Translations under genes and position numbers: made by a program
Assembly: GCA_050633305.1 (NCBI GenBank)
Contig: JBOEGF010000018.1
Coordinates: 800,001 to 864,000, forward strand
Reading direction: 5' to 3'
Source: Nannocystales bacterium
GTDB taxonomy: Bacteria > Myxococcota_A > Polyangia > Nannocystales > Nannocystaceae
DNA length: 64,000 nt
The notes under the pieces: generated by a model
Told to the model about the DNA's origin: nothing
The model's input: the letters and a program-made list of their open reading frames with translations, nothing else
The model's database searches: none
In this document: piece by piece, positions 57,757 through 64,000 of the stretch
How the letters are laid out: each line of letters starts with the position of its first letter
Numbering within the stretch: the first letter of the stretch is position 1

Positions 57757-59244
57757 CTAGAGGGCGCCCGCACAGGCTTCGTCGGCGGGCTGACACGGGA
57801 GTACGACGAAGAGGTATTCGCCGACGAAGGTGTCGCCGCCGTCGCTCCAGGTGTCGACCACGATGTCCCACGTCCCGGCGGGTAACTCCCCTTCGATGCG
57901 CCGGTCACCGCGCGCGAGACAGGTCTCCCCGTCTCCGTCGGCCTCCACAATGTGGATGTCCACGTCGACGTCGGGGCGGTCGAGCACAAGCACTCGCAGT
58001 GCGGTGGGCTGGTCCAGCTCGAGTCGATAGCGCACCTCGGGACCCGACTCATCGGCGTCGTCGCATGGTGGATACGCGTCGATCTCGGCCGTCCCAGCGC
58101 GGCTGGTGTCCCCGGCGTGGGCGAAGGGGAAATCGTCGATGCGCAGCGGGTCTTCGGGCGTGCCATCTCCGGCGAAGAGCGGGGCATCTTCGTCGAGCTG
58201 CGGCGCGTCGTCGACCAGGACAGCCATGGCTCGGTCGAGGCCTTCCAGCGCCACGAGGTTGCGCATGTTGTAGCCCCACATCAGCCCCTCTTCGGTGAGG
58301 CGACAAGCGCCCTCGCCGAAGGCCCGCAGGTGAAGTCCGTCCCCGCTGAGCCCGTGCTCGGGCAGGGGGTCGATCGCTTCGTACAGATCGATGAACGGAA
58401 GCTGACGACTCTGCGCCATCCCGCGGATCATCGCGTTGTAGGACTCGACCCAGAGGTCCGCGGAAGGGCTGTCCCCGCGGCGCGTGATGCCGAACAGCAC
58501 CGGGACGGTCCCGCGGGAGAGTGCGTCGTCGATGAGCTCCATCATCGCGTCGTGGAACGGGACCATCGCGCTGCCGTACGTGGCGCCCAGGTTCATGTCG
58601 TTGGTGCCGTAGTGCAGCAGCCCGATGCGCGGGATGATGGCGTTCCATTCCTGCTCGAACGGAGAAGGCTCGCCCCCGATCACCCACGCCGCGCTTCTTC
58701 CGGATTCCGCGGCGAGGCTGCTGCGGCCAAACGGGCTCGTCCCAGCTGCGTCCCCGCCTCGAAAGTACGCGAGCGCGGGAGCGAGCGCGTCGTGGAGCCC
58801 CAGGTCTGTCGAGTCGTCGCTTTCGAAGCAGAACAAGGTGTTCTGGCTGACCGTGCTCGACGCCCCTGCCTTGAAGAACACGTCCTCGAACGGCTCGATC
58901 GAAGCTTCTGAGTAGGCCCGCCATTGGTCGGCCACGTACGCCGTGACCGGGGAATGCACGCGCCCGGCCGGATACCGAATCGGCTCGTACGGAGCCTGGG
59001 GTTCCGCACCTGTCGACGAGTCGCCGCTGCTTTCGTCGGCCGCTGTTCCCGATGAGAGCCCCGTGGTAGAGCCGTCGTCGGGACCCGTCGTGCCACCCTC
59101 GGCGCTCGAACTCGAGCTGGGTCCGTCGGTGCCGGACGCCGGAAATCCTGTGGTTCCCGCCGGGTCACGTGCGGCGCCGGACTCATCGCCGCATGCGCTG
59201 GCGACCGCGAGGAGGAGCAACAGCGTCCAGCACCCGCGACCCAT
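57757..59244 (-). CDS. SGNH/GDSL-family hydrolase lipoprotein with C-terminal PPC-like beta domain
   Basis: Lipobox ASAC; block I GASS, block III YGTND, block V DGLH; C-terminal ESGPEVRY...LPAGTWDIVVD. Confidence 0.78.
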   Translation of the reverse strand: MGRGCWTLLLLLAVASACGDESGAARDPAGTTGFPASGTDGPSSSSSAEGGTTGPDDGSTTGLSSGTAADESSGDSSTGAEPQAPYEPIRYPAGRVHSPVTAYVADQWRAYSEASIEPFEDVFFKAGASSTVSQNTLFCFESDDSTDLGLHDALAPALAYFRGGDAAGTSPFGRSSLAAESGRSAAWVIGGEPSPFEQEWNAIIPRIGLLHYGTNDMNLGATYGSAMVPFHDAMMELIDDALSRGTVPVLFGITRRGDSPSADLWVESYNAMIRGMAQSRQLPFIDLYEAIDPLPEHGLSGDGLHLRAFGEGACRLTEEGLMWGYNMRNLVALEGLDRAMAVLVDDAPQLDEDAPLFAGDGTPEDPLRIDDFPFAHAGDTSRAGTAEIDAYPPCDDADESGPEVRYRLELDQPTALRVLVLDRPDVDVDIHIVEADGDGETCLARGDRRIEGELPAGTWDIVVDTWSDGGDTFVGEYLFVVLPCQPADEACAGAL

Positions 59245-59278
59245 GCCGCATCGTATCAGCCGTCGCTCGGCGTTGCGT

Positions 59279-60571
59279 TCACCGCTTGCGAGATTTGCAC
59301 TGTGTCTCGTGCGGCTGGCACTTGAAACGGGCGTGCATGTGGTCCGCGTGCCCCTTGACGTGCTGGATGACGGGGCTTCCCGACCCGGTCGGCGAGGGGT
59401 ACTCCATCCACTGCTTCAGCGCGGCCTTGGACATGAGCTTGTTGGACACGGCGTAGTCGTGCAACAGCTTCTGAATCTCGCGGTCCACGTAGATGACCTC
59501 GATCTGCCCGGTCTGCACCAGCGTCTGCATCAGAGCCCAGCACTCCTTGGCATCGAGGTTCTTGCTGTTCATCACCCGCCAGTTCAGCTCTTCGCCCGCG
59601 GGGAGCTTCTGAGGGTAGCCCAAGTCGACATCGCGGCCGGACTGATGCGTGGAGTGGGGTGCAAGCCGACCGCCGCTTCGGCTGGACATATTGCCGACCA
59701 GGACGGGCTGTTTGTGCCCGCTGGCCGCCCACTGACGAAGGGCTTTGTCGAGGATCGCGACCGTGTTGGCGGTGGCGAACGACTTCCATCCGATCATCTT
59801 CATGACCCGCCCGGGCCCATCCATCATTGGGACGCCGCCAGCGAGCTTGCCGCTGCTGGGGCCGCCGATCGATTCGCTCTTCGTGCCGTCGTTGGCCCTG
59901 TAGACCACCACTGCGCTCTTGGGCGGGAGGTCCGTCTTGAGCGCGACGCCTGGGTTCAGCTCGCTGATCTCGTGGTGAAAGATTTTGTAGAGGTTCGCGA
60001 CGTTCTCCAGCGTGCCGCCGCGGCGGACGGTGTATTTCACCGTGCTGGGAGCCTTGAAGTTGCGGGCCCAGGACGCAGGGGCGGGCCGGGGGTCGAAGTC
60101 TCCAGCGGAGATGGGGGGCTCGGCCTCGGGGGCTTCGTCCGTGGGCCGGTCCCGGAACTTTGGGCTGTCTGCCGCGGGCTCAGGCTTGGGCTCGGAGTTC
60201 GGGATCGGGTCGGCGGACGGGGGGTCGTCGGTGACCGAGGGGAGCTCGTCGGCAGACTTGGCCTGCTCCGCGTTTGTGACCGCCGCGCTGGGCGGTTGTG
60301 TCGAGTCTTCCGCGTCGCACCGCATCATGCCGAAGAGCCCCCATAGGGCACCGGCTGACGCGAACATGACCAGCCCGATCTTGGATCGTGGCTCGGCACG
60401 ACCGGCCGAGACCGACTCGCTCGGGCTCTCGTCCGAGAACGTCTCCTCAGGACCATCGTCCGACGATTCGGCGGGGCCATCGTCCGCGGACGTTTCATCG
60501 TCGGCCGGGTGGACATCCTCCGAGGAGGTGTCCGCGGGCAGCTCGTCGTCGCTGTGCTCGTCGCTGGGCAT
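59279..60571 (-). CDS. Acidic N-terminus - TM - LysM - MepA-like murein endopeptidase
   Basis: YTVRRGGTLENVANLY LysM; HQSGRDVD (Hx6D) and HMH. Confidence 0.8.
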   Translation of the reverse strand: MPSDEHSDDELPADTSSEDVHPADDETSADDGPAESSDDGPEETFSDESPSESVSAGRAEPRSKIGLVMFASAGALWGLFGMMRCDAEDSTQPPSAAVTNAEQAKSADELPSVTDDPPSADPIPNSEPKPEPAADSPKFRDRPTDEAPEAEPPISAGDFDPRPAPASWARNFKAPSTVKYTVRRGGTLENVANLYKIFHHEISELNPGVALKTDLPPKSAVVVYRANDGTKSESIGGPSSGKLAGGVPMMDGPGRVMKMIGWKSFATANTVAILDKALRQWAASGHKQPVLVGNMSSRSGGRLAPHSTHQSGRDVDLGYPQKLPAGEELNWRVMNSKNLDAKECWALMQTLVQTGQIEVIYVDREIQKLLHDYAVSNKLMSKAALKQWMEYPSPTGSGSPVIQHVKGHADHMHARFKCQPHETQCKSRKR

Positions 60572-60730
60572 GGCGGAGGCGAGATGGTCGGCCGAACACT
60601 GGGTCCGATGCAAGAAAAGCGGTGCGCGAACGGCGACGGAAAACGGTTTGGGTAGCAGGATGCCGGTTCACCACCTGGTCAAGCGTGGCTCAAATCCTGT
60701 AACAGCGGCAACGAGGACCAGGATCAGGAC

Positions 60731-62347
60731 CTATGGCGTGTAGGCTGCGAGGAAAATGTTGTCGCCCTCGGTCCCACCTGCAATGGCCCCGCACGCCACG
60801 GGCGTCGCTAGCGGGCCGGATATGACAACGGCGTAGAACGCGCCATTCTCATCAAGTGTCCTGGACCACATCGTTTCTCCGTCGACGGAGAGCCTCGCCA
60901 GCCAGGGTCCGCCTTCACGGGTACCTGCCACCACCACGTCTCCCTCCGGCGTGAGAGCCACTCCATACGGAGAGCCCAAGGACGCGAAGTCGCCCGTCTC
61001 CACTGCCCAGTCTGGCGTCCCCGCACCATCGTAGCGCACAACCCACGGTGTTGAGGAGAACGACGGGTCACCAAGGCCGACGGCAACCACCCCTGAGCCG
61101 TCGACGGCGGCAACATCCAGTGGGTTGGTAAGCGTGTAGGGGTCGTTGTTCCAGATGTCCTGGTCCCACAGGGTACCGAAGCCCGAGTTCTTTCGCTGCA
61201 GCCGACCTAAGGGGGCGACACTGTTCGAACGAGCGACGACAAACGCTCCGCCGTTGAACGTGGCGTGCTTGATAGGAAAACGCCCTGGTAGATAGGACGG
61301 AGAAGCTACTAGATCTCCTGCGTCGTCGATCCTGTAGAGCAGGCCCTCTCCGCCGCCACCGAGTTCTGTCCACCCCGACACGACCACTTCTCCACCGACG
61401 TCGGCCCCAACATCAGTTGCGTACACTGCGAAGTCGTCGGAACGGCTCCACTCCACATCCCCGTTCCCCGATGCCATCTTGACCACCCGAATGTCGGTGA
61501 ACGGCGCCGCAAGTACTGAGCCGAGGTTCGTCCTGTGCCTCCCAACGAGCACCACGCCGTCTGACACCGCCGCCGCTGCTCTTGCCTCGTAGTCGTGGTG
61601 GGTTGGTGTCGCGGACGGGGCCCATACCCGACTCCAAACGACGTCCCCATCTGGCGTCATGCGTTGGGAGTAGTAGGCCGCGGAATCGCCAGAACCCTTC
61701 GGATTAGTCACTCGTGAGGCTGAATAGAGCTCTCCTGTTTCGGAGGAGACGATGTCAACACATCGGTCAAAATCAAAAACATGTTCTTCGTGGGTCCAGA
61801 TCTGTTGACCTGAATCCAGGCAGTTGTTGTTGCATCCGTTCCCGTCTTGAGTGTCTGCATCGTCGCACTGCTCTGGTCCATTTTGGATTCCGTCGCCGCA
61901 GTGAAGACCGAGCCCATCGCAGTCGAGAGTGCACGAGTCATACGTTCCGTTGTCTTCGCCATCATCACAAGTCTCCCCAGCTTCGAGCCGCCCGTTTCCG
62001 CACTCAGGAGGGTCGCTCGTTTCTGACGCCTGGGTCGAATCTCCGTCCGAACTCTCGGTCGCTCCGCTGGTGGAAGTGGACAACGTTGCGGTTCCGCTCT
62101 GGTCGCCATCGTCCTCGGTGGAACCCTCATCCGCGCCTGTTGTCCCTTGTGGGGCTGTCGTCTCCAGACCCTGAGTCGCTTGGCCGGAAGTCGAATCTGG
62201 TGACGTCGATAGAGTGTCCATTGCTCCCGTGATTGCCCCGGTCGCGGACGATGAACCCGATGTCTCGCCCGTATCTGATTCCGTGAAGCCTGGGTTGAAG
62301 CATGCTGCGGGCGATAGCGAGACTAATACGGCTGTGAGTCTTTTCAT
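60731..62347 (-). CDS. Lipoprotein with myxobacterial Cys-rich repeats (DUF4215-like) and C-terminal beta-propeller
   Basis: Lipobox PAAC; S/T linker; CGNGRLEAGETCDDG and CGDGIQNGPEQCDD; propeller-like DGDVVWSR, NGDVEWSR, DGETMWSR. Confidence 0.75.
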   Translation of the reverse strand: MKRLTAVLVSLSPAACFNPGFTESDTGETSGSSSATGAITGAMDTLSTSPDSTSGQATQGLETTAPQGTTGADEGSTEDDGDQSGTATLSTSTSGATESSDGDSTQASETSDPPECGNGRLEAGETCDDGEDNGTYDSCTLDCDGLGLHCGDGIQNGPEQCDDADTQDGNGCNNNCLDSGQQIWTHEEHVFDFDRCVDIVSSETGELYSASRVTNPKGSGDSAAYYSQRMTPDGDVVWSRVWAPSATPTHHDYEARAAAAVSDGVVLVGRHRTNLGSVLAAPFTDIRVVKMASGNGDVEWSRSDDFAVYATDVGADVGGEVVVSGWTELGGGGEGLLYRIDDAGDLVASPSYLPGRFPIKHATFNGGAFVVARSNSVAPLGRLQRKNSGFGTLWDQDIWNNDPYTLTNPLDVAAVDGSGVVAVGLGDPSFSSTPWVVRYDGAGTPDWAVETGDFASLGSPYGVALTPEGDVVVAGTREGGPWLARLSVDGETMWSRTLDENGAFYAVVISGPLATPVACGAIAGGTEGDNIFLAAYTP

Positions 62348-62395
62348 GGCGTTCGAATCCAGAACTCGGGCGTTTGTATGCTGCAGGCGGGCGCC

Positions 62396-63601
62396 CTACT
62401 CGGGCAGACAGCACAAAGTGGTTGGGCTGCCGGCCTGCGCGTCGCCGGTTGAACTCGGGGTAGATGGGGCGCACGAGGTGTCGTTTGACCCGGAGAAGCT
62501 AACGTAGGCACTGTCGGCGCCAAACGCTGATGCCTCGCAGCCTGCGCCAATTTCGTGGAGTGAGGCGAAAGCAACCGGGCTGTCGGAACAGCCCAACTGC
62601 GACCAAATTGATACTGTCCCGCCGCAGGTCCCGGTGGGGGATTCACAGCTGCACTCACTGCAAGCTCGAGTATCAGTGAACGACTCAAATCGGACGAAAC
62701 GGTCCGTGAATCCGCCGGACGGGCACTCGTGGGTCCCTTCTTGGGCGATGCAAACTCGGGCGCTCTTACTCCCCGTGAGGTCGGCAACGCATTGTTCGTC
62801 GGCCGGGCAAGATCCTTCCGCAAATAGGGGCTCTCCACACAACACGGAATGCGTTGCCCAGCTCGCGGCGGGAACCTCGGTGGTGGGCATGGGGGAGCAC
62901 TCGCCCCCTACGACCCCTGGGTTCGGGACGTCCCAATAGTGCCCCGATGGGTAGTCGAGTAGGCTGAGACAGGACCCTTCGGCTGCAAGTGGGTACTCTT
63001 GAAGAGCTGGCCCTCCGCAAATCGGGTCGCCGCCGAAGTACTCAAGGACTACAGGTCCGCAGCTCGTATCTGTCGGCGTGCCGCAGTCACAGTCGCAGGA
63101 CGCCTGTTCTGCTTCTAGACCTGCAAATGCAGATAGGATAGTAGCCGGAGCCTCGTCTGGACACTCCTTCAGAGACCCTGCAGAGTCGCTCTCAAACAGC
63201 AAGGCGGGGCCGACCCAGTTGTTGGGGACAACAGGGACACAGAGATTATCTCCGCCGCACTGTTGCTCTCCGTTCGTCGACGATGACTCTGCTTCCGTCC
63301 GACCTGTTGAATCGGAGCCTTCCGACGAGGTACTACTTGAGTTCAGACCCGAAGTTGTACCCCGCGGTCCCGCGCCTGATTCCGACTCGACACCAGTCGT
63401 CCCGGTAGCGGCGCTTGGTGATGCGGTCGCTGTCGCCGAGGTCATGGGGCCAGAGGTTGACGTAGAAGCTGACTCTTGGATGTTCCCGGTTTCCTCGCCA
63501 CTGGCGCTAGCGGAGTCAGGCAGGAGGGGGTTGCTCTCAAAGCAGCCTGCTGTTCCTCCCACCAGCAGCGCGATCATGACCATCCAACCTCTGTGGAGCA
63601 T
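62396..63601 (-). CDS. Cys-rich lipoprotein with internally duplicated Cys module
   Basis: Lipobox TAGC; S/T linker; CDCDCGTPTDTSC paralleled by CSECSCESPTGTC; ends TLCCLPE. Confidence 0.75.
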   Translation of the reverse strand: MLHRGWMVMIALLVGGTAGCFESNPLLPDSASASGEETGNIQESASTSTSGPMTSATATASPSAATGTTGVESESGAGPRGTTSGLNSSSTSSEGSDSTGRTEAESSSTNGEQQCGGDNLCVPVVPNNWVGPALLFESDSAGSLKECPDEAPATILSAFAGLEAEQASCDCDCGTPTDTSCGPVVLEYFGGDPICGGPALQEYPLAAEGSCLSLLDYPSGHYWDVPNPGVVGGECSPMPTTEVPAASWATHSVLCGEPLFAEGSCPADEQCVADLTGSKSARVCIAQEGTHECPSGGFTDRFVRFESFTDTRACSECSCESPTGTCGGTVSIWSQLGCSDSPVAFASLHEIGAGCEASAFGADSAYVSFSGSNDTSCAPSTPSSTGDAQAGSPTTLCCLPE

Positions 63602-63801
63602 GCTCGGACTCGTAGCATGCGTGTGTTGCGCGTTCAACTCAGAACGTTCATGAGGTCCAGGTGGTCCAGGTCCCAAGGACTGCGGACAGTTCGACAGTTC
63701 GGGTCCGGCCCGTCACCGAGTTCCACTGCGAGTCGGAGCTGCACGCTACAGCGAGCAAGATCCGCCCCGATTGAGGCAGGTTGTCGTCCGCGACAATAGG
63801 G

Positions 63802-63999
63802 CTACAGATCCACCCATGTGCCGGTTGCGGCGGGGGCTTCGTCCAGCACGTACGTTCTGTGTGCATCTAGGCGTGGATCCACGACGATTGGGTCGACGTC
63901 CTGGTCTTCGAGTAGCCACCCGAACAAGCCCGTCCGAATGTCGCCCGCCTCGTCCCAGGTCAGTTCCCCTGACACGCCCTGAAGGTCCACCGAGCCGCC
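63802..63999 (-). CDS. C-terminal end of a probable periplasmic-binding-protein (LIVBP-type) domain protein, 5' part outside window
   Basis: VDLQGVSGELTWDEAGD resembles the C-terminal GxSGxxxFDxxGD motif of type I PBPs. Confidence 0.55.
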   Translation of the reverse strand, partial: GGSVDLQGVSGELTWDEAGDIRTGLFGWLLEDQDVDPIVVDPRLDAHRTYVLDEAPAATGTWVDL

Positions 64000-64000
64000 C

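Noticed and set aside
63654..63701. Short tandem repeats ggtccaggt x2 and gacagttc x2
   Set aside because: Only two copies each, with no spacers; not CRISPR-like and too short to interpret.

Overview
GC-rich, densely coding 64-kb bacterial window with about 49 CDSs. No rRNA, tRNA, CRISPR array or transposase was recognised. The gene content suggests a Myxococcota genome, possibly Nannocystaceae-like (inference): many Cys-rich or Ser/Thr-linker lipoproteins, vWA lipoproteins, FHA proteins, a Hanks kinase and an ECF/anti-sigma module. Main blocks: (1) 1-10.9 kb: the end of a WD40 protein, then a minus-strand run of an orphan TssB-TssC-like sheath fusion, a membrane Ser/Thr kinase, an FHA-TM-LysM-MepA endopeptidase and NfeD plus two flotillins. 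(2) 12.1-18.5 kb: a TetR-led acyl-CoA dehydrogenase / MaoC / FabG4-like / thiolase operon with visible operators. (3) 18.5-24.5 kb: an ECF sigma/anti-sigma locus with three copies of TTGGAAT-N15-GGTC in front of the sigma gene and two divergent lipoproteins. (4) aceK, FHA-PilZ, an MBL hydrolase and a vWA lipoprotein. (5) 30.9-39.7 kb: permease, orphan DNA MTase, a cytochrome-like lipoprotein with a contracted CxCH motif, a Cys-rich lipoprotein, two tandem di-haem (DHOR-type) proteins and a beta-propeller lipoprotein. (6) A GldAFG-like ABC system, two metallophosphoesterases, a ~1,400-aa FHA-TM-tandem-DsbA protein, hrpB, an SGNH lipoprotein and a second LysM-MepA. (7) A lower-GC end carrying two Cys-rich lipoproteins. 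Best candidates for undescribed systems: the sheath-fusion/kinase/FHA-endopeptidase/flotillin cluster, the CxCH plus tandem-DHOR redox cluster, and the ECF regulon. All family assignments are from motif recognition by eye; no database searches were run.
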